DNA of 29,799 nucleotides from Parcubacteria group bacterium CG11_big_fil_rev_8_21_14_0_20_39_22 (lineage in GTDB: Bacteria; Patescibacteriota; Minisyncoccia; Phycocordibacterales; GCA-002787175), in contig PCWC01000066.1 of assembly GCA_002787175.1 (NCBI GenBank), positions 1 through 29,799 on the forward strand, written 5' to 3'. Of this stretch, positions 1 to 8,889 are shown in pieces. Both the position numbers and the translations under genes were made by a program. Below the pieces are notes generated by a model that was given only the letters and a program-made list of their open reading frames with translations, was not told the origin of the DNA and searched no databases. Numbering within the stretch: position 1 is the first letter of the stretch; every line of letters starts with the position of its first letter.

Positions 1-11
1 TAATCTGTCTG

Positions 12-50
12 AAAAATAGCCCTAAAACACTATGTTTTAGGGCTATTTTT
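12..50. terminator. Intrinsic (bidirectional-type) terminator after cas2
   Basis: Perfect 18-bp inverted repeat AAAAATAGCCCTAAAACA-cta-TGTTTTAGGGCTATTTTT, 3 nt past the cas2 stop, with A/T tracts on both sides. Confidence 0.85.
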
Positions 51-53
51 ACA

Positions 54-377
54 TCAAAAAAGAAGTAATTGTGATTCATTTATTTTCTTTTCCTGTGGTT
101 TTTTCTTACCGGCGGCAATCACTGCGTCGGCAAATTGCTTGTTCGTCAGAGTCAATATTCTTATTGAACCATTATTTGGTGCATTTGACAAGAGTCGCTT
201 CGTATGGACTTCTGCTGAATCAATGTTGGCACAAATTCTCGTATATACCGAGAATTGAAGCATATCATAACCATCCTGTATTAGGAAGTTGCGAAATTGA
301 GTGGCGTATTTCCTATCAATATCCTTCACAACTGGCAGGTCAAACATTACTAAAAGTCTCATAAATCGATTATTCAT
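54..377 (-). CDS. cas2: CRISPR-associated endoribonuclease Cas2 (type II)
   Basis: 107 aa with MRLLVMFDLPV...F...DGYDMLQFSVY, typical of type II Cas2; 4-nt ATGA overlap with cas1. Confidence 0.95.
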   Translation of the reverse strand: MNNRFMRLLVMFDLPVVKDIDRKYATQFRNFLIQDGYDMLQFSVYTRICANIDSAEVHTKRLLSNAPNNGSIRILTLTNKQFADAVIAAGKKKPQEKKINESQLLLF

Positions 378-1252
378 AAAGTTGGTAATAATAATTTTAT
401 AGGGTCACTTTCATCGGTAGATGTAACCAAGCTTTGTACAGTAATTTCTATAGCTCGTTGTAAAGAATACGTCTTCCCCAATAAAACAACCGGCTCTGTA
501 AGTAAATTAACGATAGATATTCGGTCTTCTTTAGTAAGAGAACCTGCAACGTTGGAAATATTTTGAAATACAAATCTGTCGATATATGGCCTATAGGGTT
601 CAATTATGTCGTCCGCCAAATTGAAGTTGTTAAGTTCACTATCGTGATGAATGCCAACACTTGTTAAGAAGCCATACGAAGATAGCGATCGAGATGTTAC
701 ACCACGGATTACGGCATAACCATAATTCAAAGCTGCATTGATATGATTATCAAATGAGCGCACAGCAGGAATATCAAGAATATTTTGAAAATATTCGCGA
801 GCCGCAGCTCCTTCACGGTTGGTGGTATCACCAGATTGCACAGAATTAACGTATGATTGTATTTTCAGAGACTTCTCCCCTTTTACAAGCCTAAATACTT
901 CTGACTGATTTAAGATTTTTTGTTCAACAATTTTTTTCCATAATTGCTTTTTAAACGGCAATGACCACTGTAACTGTTTCTTGATTGCACTAACTTGCCT
1001 GGAATGTTGCTGATATCCCAACAGCACTCCACTTGGCATATATTTCTCATCACATATAAATACCGTTATTTTGTGTTGCACACAAGCATTTAGAAGCGCA
1101 CCGGTAAGAAGCGTACCGCGATTTTCTACGAGCAGTACTCCAATGTCTTCCAGTGGCAGAGAGAAGGTCTGATCGCCTTGAATAAGGGAAAGATTATTCT
1201 GCTTTAGTGAAAGTCTACTCTCGTTACCTACATGTATAATTCTCCAAGACAT
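374..1252 (-). CDS. cas1: CRISPR-associated integrase Cas1 (type II-C-like)
   Basis: 292 aa, N-terminus MSWRIIHV, with motifs NREGAAAREYF, INAALNYGYA and GIHH...FNLADDIIEPYRP; lies between cas9 and cas2. Confidence 0.95.
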   Translation of the reverse strand: MSWRIIHVGNESRLSLKQNNLSLIQGDQTFSLPLEDIGVLLVENRGTLLTGALLNACVQHKITVFICDEKYMPSGVLLGYQQHSRQVSAIKKQLQWSLPFKKQLWKKIVEQKILNQSEVFRLVKGEKSLKIQSYVNSVQSGDTTNREGAAAREYFQNILDIPAVRSFDNHINAALNYGYAVIRGVTSRSLSSYGFLTSVGIHHDSELNNFNLADDIIEPYRPYIDRFVFQNISNVAGSLTKEDRISIVNLLTEPVVLLGKTYSLQRAIEITVQSLVTSTDESDPIKLLLPTL

Positions 1253-1287
1253 AAAAAAACGATACCTATTAGGTATCGTTTTTTTAT
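1251..1287. terminator. Terminator-like hairpin between cas9 and cas1
   Basis: Perfect 17-bp inverted repeat ATAAAAAAACGATACCT-att-AGGTATCGTTTTTTTAT filling the whole intergenic space; on the minus strand the T7 tract runs directly into the cas1 ATG. Confidence 0.8.
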
Positions 1288-4200
1288 TTATGATAGTGGC
1301 ATACGTTTTTCGTGATGCACTTTATTATAATTACCCAATATGTCTACCATATATTTATCTAATTTGTCAAGCGATTTAATGCCGGTATTCTTTTGCTCAG
1401 TACGATTATGTGTCTCTACCACTAGAGATGCCACTGAAACCCTCGCCTTAACATAATATCCTTTTGTAATATTTTGACCTTTTGTCATACTCAACAAATC
1501 ACCTGGATATACACTAAACTTAAATGAGTAATTATCGTTTAGGACATCCCAATCCTTCTCGCTTTTTCCTCGAGTACACACTTTTGTCGGAAGTTCTTTT
1601 TTCGTTTTGTGATATGCGTAAACAGGAATAAAATAGAACTCGTCTTTACCTTTCTTATTAGCTTTGGTGAAAATATCTACGCGTACCATTGATTGTCGCT
1701 TCACAATTCCCTCTCCATCATTAATTAATAGACCCGATTTTTGTCCACCCGTAAGCTTAACGGAACGCACCAGTGGTCCTTTTTCTCCATTTTTCATGGT
1801 CTTATAGAGCGGTTCTGCAAACGCCCTCTTCGCGTCTCCATTAAATTCACGCAGACGAGAAAGAAGCGTCTGCATGAGTTTTGGATCAAGAAACAACCCT
1901 TCTTCAACAAGACGTTTTTCTGTAAGATTGGTGAGCGGCACTTTAACCGATGAATACTCTTGTTCAAATCGCTTTGCACTGCGCACCTTGTCATCATGGA
2001 CCTTACCACTCACCTTACGGCGTGGCATATGCGACACAAAGATTGGTTTTATGTTTAGTTCATCATCAGTTTCTTCTCTATTCTTAAACCACAGAATTTC
2101 ATCTTTATGTGCTTCTAATTCATACATCGGATCATCTTCCATGCGTGCCGCTAATTCATAACGGAAACCTTCCCAAGGGTCATTGAGCTTTGTGCGGTAT
2201 TCTTCTTCCTTTATTTCTTTCTCTAATTTATGTGCTTCTTCAGCATTTATCTCGGGCAATTCATCGAGTTTTTTATGCAATTGTAAGTACCTTATTATCT
2301 CCCCCTTCTTAGAATCCTTCGCAATATCCTTAACAGTTTTACTATTCATTACCGCTACCAGTGCCGCGTCCTGTGCGTGATGCTTTAGATTTTCCTCCCG
2401 ATTTTTATAAAGTGTCCAACGCTTGCGTGCATAAGCTGTCGCCATACCGTTTACAGTATTAACCGGCTTCTTATGATCAGGATCAGAAAATTCTAATCCT
2501 TTCTCAATGTAATTCTTTACAAATTTTGAAATATATCGAGTGTCATTGAGGGCACGTGCAACCAAGTCATCTCCCACATACTTCTTCACAAGTAGATTCG
2601 CTCGCTTTCGTGGAGCAATATTGACAAACGATTTTACCAACGCTTCAAACTGAGCCCATTTATTTTCATTGCCACCGAACCACTCGTAAGGAATACGATT
2701 CCCCTTTTCTTGGTTTTCTTGCTTTAGTACCAACACTTTATTATTAAAAGAGTCATCTAAACTACGGCTAAATGGAATAACGTGATCAATCTCTACATAC
2801 CCATCCTCATTGAGGCGATTTTCGTAAATTGCTTTACCAGAATACGCACACTTACAATTTTGTTCGCTCCAGAGACGGAATTTTAAAATATCCTGTCCTT
2901 TGGGTTCAGGGATTCCGAGCTCGACCATGCGTTCTTTTGCTTTTTCATTTACAAGCCTATTATCTCCTTGCAGTTTTTCAATATTCTTGCGTTCCCTGAA
3001 ATTTTTCGAAAGATCGCGAGCCAACTCAATATTTATTTGATGAGGTGAACCATACCTATCGATAATAGCGTTGACCACCTTGATAGTCTGCGATATGGTT
3101 CGTTTAACAACCGGATTGGTAATGCGATAGTCATCTTGCTTAAGTGACAATAATTTGTGTCGTTTGATGTTTGCGAATTCTTTATAATCCGCTTTAGATA
3201 TGGCGGTATCATAATCTTCACCGGCTTCCAAATATGGGATTATATTATAGAGAGCTTTTAGAGAAAGACTACCGAAAGAGTCATAGGTTAGATCAGAAGA
3301 AGTTATTGCTTCTATTACAGTTTCAGGGATTTTCTCAACAGCGTACTTACCGTTGATTAAATTGTCCTTAACTTCTTTGTTTGTTTTATACAAAGAAAGT
3401 ACCGTTCCAATCCTATCGTAAATCGTTTTGTCATCATCTGCTTTCTGTACAAAGTTAGGGTCAGTTTCTTCTAACAAGTCACGTAACTTCATCCAATTCA
3501 TCATCGAAGGTAATTTCGTCTTTGTCTCCGCTTCCTTTATCAACTTCTCCTTATTAATCTCTTCTCCTGGTTTTACTTTGATAAAGTAATTAACCATATT
3601 AAAACGATCACTTGCTCCTAAGTTCAATTTTTTACGAAGTCCGTCATAGTGTGGAGTTTTGACAGAAAAAATGTATTTCTTAGCAATTTTTCTTTCTTCT
3701 TCACTTAACGGTCGCCCTCTATCATATTGACCTTTCTTTATAACGACGTGATTTATCTTCTGCAATACTGAACTATATTGGAAAGCATATGTCGCTTTGG
3801 CGGCACGCAACTCTTTTGTTTTTCCTTCAAAAGTACACAGACCAACCATCTTCTCAAATCCGCCTTGAGCATAATGTTTTTGTCTATTAAAAGCCCCCGT
3901 TGCATTATCTTCGGTGTCATGGTCAACAATTGTTTTTACAAGTTCATCAGTTACAAATTTATTACCCAGTTTTTGTTGGACTGAAAATATCTGCCCGAGT
4001 TCATCTTCGAGCATTCCCCGAGTAACAGAATTCTTGTATGACCCAGCCTTATTACGCACACCTTCAAAAGAAATGTTGTCCTCATTTTCAACAATCTTTT
4101 TGTGAAAAAGTTCACCAACAGTTCGTACACCTTCTTTAACAAGAGAGATCTTCATATTCTGAATGCCAAACAGTACAGCTCCACGCTCTTTATCTACCTT

Positions 4201-4602
4201 TGCGTCACTTTTTTCTTTCCGGTTACTCTTATATCCTCGTCGCTTCACTATGTGGTATATGGCAATAAAGAGTTCTTGCGGAGAAATAAGCTCATCGAGT
4301 GCGCAGGTTCGTATTCCATAAGGATTGTTCGGTTGTGAGTGAGCTTTCCTAATTTCATCTTTTGACAAACCCGCCCTCATAAAAGCTTCTTTTACTGCAT
4401 CCAGTCGACCGTGGCGCCGCGCTAAACGTCGGCGCTGACTTCGCGCTAAACGTCTAGGTTCTGCCAAAGACTTTCCACTATCAGGTGTTTCGGGCTTATC
4501 AAAATAACGCACCCCTAAATCAATGATGCGTCTTTTATCTTCATCAATTATTGCCCACCCTACGGATGTAATACCTAAGTCAAGCCCTATAGTGTACCTC
4601 AT
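1288..4602 (-). CDS. cas9: Type II-C Cas9 nuclease (1104 aa)
   Basis: RuvC-I YTIGLDLGITSVGWA, Arg-rich bridge helix RRLARSQRRRLARRHGRL, RuvC-II INIELAR, HNH EIDHVIPFSRSLDDSFNNKVLV..ENQEKGN, RuvC-III HHAQDAALVA; no csn2 or cas4 in the operon. Confidence 0.97.
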   Translation of the reverse strand: MRYTIGLDLGITSVGWAIIDEDKRRIIDLGVRYFDKPETPDSGKSLAEPRRLARSQRRRLARRHGRLDAVKEAFMRAGLSKDEIRKAHSQPNNPYGIRTCALDELISPQELFIAIYHIVKRRGYKSNRKEKSDAKVDKERGAVLFGIQNMKISLVKEGVRTVGELFHKKIVENEDNISFEGVRNKAGSYKNSVTRGMLEDELGQIFSVQQKLGNKFVTDELVKTIVDHDTEDNATGAFNRQKHYAQGGFEKMVGLCTFEGKTKELRAAKATYAFQYSSVLQKINHVVIKKGQYDRGRPLSEEERKIAKKYIFSVKTPHYDGLRKKLNLGASDRFNMVNYFIKVKPGEEINKEKLIKEAETKTKLPSMMNWMKLRDLLEETDPNFVQKADDDKTIYDRIGTVLSLYKTNKEVKDNLINGKYAVEKIPETVIEAITSSDLTYDSFGSLSLKALYNIIPYLEAGEDYDTAISKADYKEFANIKRHKLLSLKQDDYRITNPVVKRTISQTIKVVNAIIDRYGSPHQINIELARDLSKNFRERKNIEKLQGDNRLVNEKAKERMVELGIPEPKGQDILKFRLWSEQNCKCAYSGKAIYENRLNEDGYVEIDHVIPFSRSLDDSFNNKVLVLKQENQEKGNRIPYEWFGGNENKWAQFEALVKSFVNIAPRKRANLLVKKYVGDDLVARALNDTRYISKFVKNYIEKGLEFSDPDHKKPVNTVNGMATAYARKRWTLYKNREENLKHHAQDAALVAVMNSKTVKDIAKDSKKGEIIRYLQLHKKLDELPEINAEEAHKLEKEIKEEEYRTKLNDPWEGFRYELAARMEDDPMYELEAHKDEILWFKNREETDDELNIKPIFVSHMPRRKVSGKVHDDKVRSAKRFEQEYSSVKVPLTNLTEKRLVEEGLFLDPKLMQTLLSRLREFNGDAKRAFAEPLYKTMKNGEKGPLVRSVKLTGGQKSGLLINDGEGIVKRQSMVRVDIFTKANKKGKDEFYFIPVYAYHKTKKELPTKVCTRGKSEKDWDVLNDNYSFKFSVYPGDLLSMTKGQNITKGYYVKARVSVASLVVETHNRTEQKNTGIKSLDKLDKYMVDILGNYNKVHHEKRMPLS

Positions 4603-4629
4603 AACCCTTAAAATATCACAAAATCAGAT

Positions 4630-4745
4630 AGAGATAAACCGCGAACGAGTCGCGGTTTAGAGCTCTGCGGTAAACCTTACATCCCGCAGGATGTAAAGCA
4701 CCTTATTACAGCAGCCTAACAGATCAGGTCTTGGTATAAACTAAT
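4630..4745 (-). ncRNA. Putative tracrRNA
   Basis: Minus strand reads anti-repeat-like AGTTTATACCAAGACCTGATCTGTTAGGCTGCTGT, then AATAAGG (nexus-like), hairpin TTACATCC-tgcg-GGATGTAA, CCGCAGAGCTCT (resembles CCGCAACGCTCT of the Neisseria II-C tracr) and a final hairpin TAAACCGCGA-ctcgt-TCGCGGTTTA. The ends are estimated and the repeat is not in the window to confirm pairing. Confidence 0.75.
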
Positions 4746-4837
4746 CTTTATTGTGGCTACAGATATATACTACCATCTTGCAGTTTTATCAGCAACTTTT
4801 TTCAGTTTCCAAGCTATAGAAATTAGGCAATTCTGTT

Positions 4838-6004
4838 CTAATCCCACTTGGGTTCTTTCCAGAATTTGTGCTTTTTGTTTTGTTCCTTAAGTAGATTCTC
4901 CACCTTGTCCCAATCTTGCTTTTCGTTGCCTTCGTCGACCATAGTGTCAATTTCTTCTCCGCTTATACCGGCGTATAGTCCGGCAACCAAATATCTTACA
5001 CCTTGATTGTCACTCGGATTCATTTTCAGTATCTGTTTGTATAACTTTATCGCTTCTTTTTCTTTGCCTTCTTCGGCATGCAAACCGGCGCGATATTTTA
5101 TAGCTCTTAAAAACGGTCTGTTTCTCAACACTCCCCACGGCATCTCTGTTGGCCACTTGGGAAATTTTTGTTTTGTTTTCTCGTAGGCGATTTTTACATT
5201 CTCCACCTCTTTATCTTTGTCTCCCGATTCATAATACAAATGAACAAGACCCACGTAAGTTATCACATTGTTCGGATCAAGTTTGATCGAATTTTGCAGT
5301 AACTTTTCCGCTCTTTTGCGGTCAGACCGATTGCCGCCCGCGAGCTCCATAGCATTATAATAATTATCCATGATTTCCTCATCGGGACCTTTAAGCGCCA
5401 GCATTTCTTCCTCACCAAAAGCAACTGTACTTTTATTCATTTCCTCAAAAACTTCCTTTACTTCCTCTTCCGTTGGATTGCTCCCAAACAATTTACAAGC
5501 CGGACAATTACCACATCCTTTAAACTCGACTTCCACTTCTACAGGCAACGTGTCAAACCAATCACAAGCTTTTTCCCACAATACATCGTCCCGGAAAGTT
5601 TCCCATGCGATTTCAATACCTGTTTCAGACGAGTAAATAATTTCTTCAATGAGATACGACTTATCCTTCCATTTGCCGTTTAAAATTTTACTCACCACCT
5701 CAATAACCTCTTTGTCTTCATCTTCAGGGTCTACGGACATCATTTCCAGAAAGTCCCGGGCGATTTTTAATTTTTCTTTTTGAGGCAGTGGAGGAATGGC
5801 GACGTAACGACCGCTTTTAATCATCTCTTCCGCTTTTCCTTTTTTTGGACTTTTATTTGTTTTGCCAGGTGAGTTTTCAATACAGCCCACATCTCCTTTT
5901 TCAAGATCCAGTAAATAGACACAGTCTTCTTCCACACCGTCAAAAGCCTCTATCACCCCGTCTATATCTATTTTATTACCCGAAGGCAGTATGTATTGTT
6001 CCAT
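4838..6004 (-). CDS. Acidic protein with a UPF0158-like N-terminus and TPR-like C-terminal region
   Basis: N-terminal IDIDGVIEAFD...YLLDLEKGDV...YVAIPP pattern; central CGNCPAC; C-terminal helical repeats with WG..RNRPFLRA and ILKMNPSDNQGVRYL. Family calls are from motif memory, not an HMM run. Confidence 0.6.
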   Translation of the reverse strand: MEQYILPSGNKIDIDGVIEAFDGVEEDCVYLLDLEKGDVGCIENSPGKTNKSPKKGKAEEMIKSGRYVAIPPLPQKEKLKIARDFLEMMSVDPEDEDKEVIEVVSKILNGKWKDKSYLIEEIIYSSETGIEIAWETFRDDVLWEKACDWFDTLPVEVEVEFKGCGNCPACKLFGSNPTEEEVKEVFEEMNKSTVAFGEEEMLALKGPDEEIMDNYYNAMELAGGNRSDRKRAEKLLQNSIKLDPNNVITYVGLVHLYYESGDKDKEVENVKIAYEKTKQKFPKWPTEMPWGVLRNRPFLRAIKYRAGLHAEEGKEKEAIKLYKQILKMNPSDNQGVRYLVAGLYAGISGEEIDTMVDEGNEKQDWDKVENLLKEQNKKHKFWKEPKWD

Positions 6005-6090
6005 AGCAAGAGAATAGCACGAGTTATTTTATTCTCAAAAGCAAGAAGTACAGTGGTCCACTGCCACTTTCACTTCTACGTAATGCTAAC

Positions 6091-6120
6091 AAAAAGCTCG
6101 TCCACGGGAGTGGGCGAGCT
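6091..6120 (-). terminator. Putative intrinsic terminator of the pyrE unit
   Basis: Minus strand AGCTCGCCCAC-tccc-GTGGACGAGCT (one mismatch) followed by TTTTT. Confidence 0.6.
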
Positions 6121-6146
6121 GATGTCGTTGATTAAGATCTTTTTGG

Positions 6147-6218
6147 CTATGTCGTAGCCGAAGCAATTTCATCGGCGGCAACAATCAAACGGTCCGCCGG
6201 TGTTAGTGTCTTTTTCAT
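6147..6218 (-). pseudogene. pyrF: N-terminal remnant of orotidine-5'-phosphate decarboxylase
   Basis: Hand translation MKKTLTPADRLIVAADEIASATT*. RLIVAAD resembles the PyrF first beta-strand motif RLIVALD; it starts 29 nt after the pyrE stop and ends after 23 codons. Confidence 0.55.
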
Positions 6219-6247
6219 TCCGTTCTCTTTTCGTATTATTGAGGGTT

Positions 6248-6916
6248 TCAATACCTTGCATTCAGACGATCCCAGTTGTCTTTCGGTCGAATTGCCTCAG
6301 ACCCTTGTTTACAGAGAGGACATTCTTCAGGTGTCCATATTGGCATAGGGCGATCGATGAGAGAAATAATCTCTCTCCCACTTATCTCCGTAAGACCGGA
6401 ACGATTTACAAGAGTAAGTATAAACGGCATTGATGCCCCACCTACAGAATCAACTGCCTCAATAGTGAGGTCGACACTTCCCCCCGTCGTTATCACATCC
6501 TCGCAAAGAAGCACGTAACTACCCCTCACAAGAGATTTTCCATAGTTATGAAAGACCAAAGATTTTTTTCCGTCGTTTAAAATCTTTGCAGGCGAAGCAA
6601 AAAAGCAGTCGTCTCTGGTAAAAGACATTATCTGATTACTCACAAATTCGGCAAGTTTTGTTGCCCCAGTTTGCGGCCCGACGACTCCTTGTGCCTCATC
6701 GATATCTCCTCCTTGTATGTCGAACAATTCGATAAGATCGGAAGCAGCGTCGTATAACAATACTTCGTCCGAAATCACTAACCGGCTGTTGAAAAAGCCG
6801 TTTGAGTGTTTTCCTGATGTAAGAAGTGCATGTGGTCGCTTTGGGTTTCCATCATGGATCCAAAGTGCGTTATTTTGTTGATATTCAATGATCCATTCAT
6901 CTGAAGTCCTGAACAT
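6248..6916 (-). CDS. pyrE: Orotate phosphoribosyltransferase-like (type I PRTase)
   Basis: HALLTSGKHSNGFFN and PRPP-binding loop VLLCEDVITTGGSV; C-terminal CPLCKQG seen in short PyrE proteins; AAGGAGG Shine-Dalgarno at 6921-6927. Confidence 0.8.
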   Translation of the reverse strand: MFRTSDEWIIEYQQNNALWIHDGNPKRPHALLTSGKHSNGFFNSRLVISDEVLLYDAASDLIELFDIQGGDIDEAQGVVGPQTGATKLAEFVSNQIMSFTRDDCFFASPAKILNDGKKSLVFHNYGKSLVRGSYVLLCEDVITTGGSVDLTIEAVDSVGGASMPFILTLVNRSGLTEISGREIISLIDRPMPIWTPEECPLCKQGSEAIRPKDNWDRLNARY

Positions 6917-7034
6917 AGGTCCTCCTTATTTAGATTTTACGCTTCAAGGCAGCGTCTTTGCCTGTGTCGACCGGTTCGACTCTGCCGTAGACCTTAAACA
7001 AAAACCGACTGAAAGTAAAGAAGATGCGTCATAC

Positions 7035-8573
7035 TTAATTTTTAAAAGCGGATTTTTGCAATTCCTCTACTTGTAGATCATCTTTAAATTTTTTACCCCA
7101 CCACAAGAGAAAGATTGCATAAAAAATGTAAACAGAGACCATTGTCCAGAAAGGAAAGAACTTTATCGTAACGGAAGCAAAAGGCAGACGGGCAAACCAA
7201 TCGGTGATTAATAGCATATACGATAGTAATAAATACGCTCCGTAACCTGGCAGTGCTGCAAATAGGTACGACACAAAACCGAGTACTCCGGTAAGAAATG
7301 CCAGAAGCATAGTAAAAGGTACAAAAGGAAGTACGAGTAGATTTACGATAGGAGAAACTATAGACAATGTTCCCATCATCCACAAAATCATCGGCAAGAC
7401 AAAGATTTGGGTTGCCAAAGTGGCGGAGACTATTTCACGAAGACCGGCTTTTTCCGGAATAAAGTGTAGATATTTGGATACTACCGGCACTCCGAGTATA
7501 AGCCCCAAAGTCGCCATAAATGAAAGCTGGAACGAAGGATCGAAAACCAATATCTTCGGATTCCAAACAATCATAAAAAACCCCGCCACGACAAGAGCAT
7601 GAGTCATTGTATAAACTCGTCCGGTGGCACGAGCAAGCAGAGCGAGTATAGCCATAAACGAAGCCCTGACTATGGTCGCCGAACCGCCGGTCATAATCGC
7701 AAAAGCGATTATGACTCCGACACCTATTCCAATCGACAGCATACGCCTGAAAAAAGAACCGAACAACTTCATTACAAAATCGGCAATTACCGTTATGTTG
7801 TAACCCGACAAAACCACTATATGTATAAGCCCCACGGTCCTAAAATCATCAAGAATATTTTCTCCAAGAGAACGTTTGGCCCCAACCACAAGACCCGCAG
7901 CAAGAGATGAAGCCGGTTCAGGAATTATGTAGCTCATTTTACTTACAAACGCCTGCTTGAAGGCAAAGAGAGCTCCTACTATCGCCAGATTTTCATCCTC
8001 AGAAATTACGACAATCTCCGGATAAAACATTTGGTAATGTATGCCATCTTTTGAAAGATAAGAGATATAGTCAAATTCCCGACCGGATTCGGTTTCAAAA
8101 TTTTCCGGCTTGTGAAGTTCTCCTTTTATCTCCACTTCAAAACCGTATTCGTATTGCGGATAAAGTGATGATATGACAAGCATACCGGAATCCATAGCAA
8201 ACTCTTCATCGGCAAATAATAGTTTCTCGGCTTTGACTTTGAGGTGTGTGTTTTTATCTCGGACATCCGGCTCGTCTACTACCCTGCCTTGGATTGTAAC
8301 TTCCATGCCGACTAAGCTATCTACAGCACTTCTTTCGTTATTGTTTGAAACATCAAACCTTATTACTCCAACCGCAAGCGAAAAAAATATAAGAGCTATG
8401 GATAAAAAGACTTTCCGAGCAGATGGCTTGGCAATCGATATTCCATAAAGTAAAAGAGCGACTGAAAGCAAAATCAAAAACAAACCTTCAATGTATCCGA
8501 CGGAATAAAGTGAGCTATAAGCAACGCCGACTGCGAAAGAACCTATAAAAATATATGATAACTTTTGCCACAT
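7035..8573 (-). CDS. comEC: ComEC/Rec2 competence membrane protein (OB-fold region + Competence domain, no beta-lactamase domain)
   Basis: Multiple TM segments, FDY..YL..GI motif, GLIHIVVLSGYNI, ATIVRAS.MA and FQLSFMATLG. Confidence 0.93.
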   Translation of the reverse strand: MWQKLSYIFIGSFAVGVAYSSLYSVGYIEGLFLILLSVALLLYGISIAKPSARKVFLSIALIFFSLAVGVIRFDVSNNNERSAVDSLVGMEVTIQGRVVDEPDVRDKNTHLKVKAEKLLFADEEFAMDSGMLVISSLYPQYEYGFEVEIKGELHKPENFETESGREFDYISYLSKDGIHYQMFYPEIVVISEDENLAIVGALFAFKQAFVSKMSYIIPEPASSLAAGLVVGAKRSLGENILDDFRTVGLIHIVVLSGYNITVIADFVMKLFGSFFRRMLSIGIGVGVIIAFAIMTGGSATIVRASFMAILALLARATGRVYTMTHALVVAGFFMIVWNPKILVFDPSFQLSFMATLGLILGVPVVSKYLHFIPEKAGLREIVSATLATQIFVLPMILWMMGTLSIVSPIVNLLVLPFVPFTMLLAFLTGVLGFVSYLFAALPGYGAYLLLSYMLLITDWFARLPFASVTIKFFPFWTMVSVYIFYAIFLLWWGKKFKDDLQVEELQKSAFKN

Positions 8574-8587
8574 AAATAATCGTCTTA

Positions 8588-8774
8588 GAAACTGATCTTA
8601 TGTCTCACCACAGTAATATGAGTCAAAACCCCCGTTTCGGGTCGTCATGACCAAAAATATGACTGCAAAACTTCGCTTCGTCCTCATTGAATCTCGATTC
8701 ACTTCGGACTCCAGCTCGTTTTTCGCCCATATTTTTGGACACTTCAGACCTCGATGAGACATAAGACCAGTTTC
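8588..8774. mobile_element. MITE-like element A (187 bp)
   Basis: Terminal inverted repeats GAAACTG(A/G)TCTTATGTCTCA (19/20 match), flanked by TTA at 8585-8587 and 8775-8777; internal IR CCAAAAATATG/CATATTTTTGG; non-coding. Confidence 0.7.
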
Positions 8775-8777
8775 TTA

Positions 8778-8862
8778 GAGCCAATCTCCAATCTCACCAC
8801 GAGAGGCAGAAGATACACTTCGTGTCTCGTTTCGCATATACGATGAGATTGGAGATTGGCTC
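8778..8862. mobile_element. MITE-like element B (85 bp), in tandem with A
   Basis: Perfect 19-bp TIR GAGCCAATCTCCAATCTCA, flanked by TTA at 8775-8777 (shared with A) and 8863-8865. Confidence 0.75.
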
Positions 8863-8889
8863 TTAAATGGAAACTGAGGAGCAAATCCC

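Noticed and set aside
1-53. CRISPR array or leader after cas2
   Set aside because: Only a terminator hairpin is present. TAATCTGTCT at 1-10 resembles part of the anti-repeat at only 7/10, and I found no spaced direct repeats in the window.
1741-4338. Small ORFs overlapping cas9, and similar short ORFs over comEC, recJ, pgk, pilX, pilC and pilB
   Set aside because: Antisense or alternate-frame shadows of well-supported genes with no independent motifs.
6917-7034. PyrR-binding attenuator or riboswitch upstream of pyrE
   Set aside because: There is a small nested hairpin (GTCGA-accgg-TCGAC within GGCAG/CTGCC), but no PyrR consensus and no terminator U-tract.
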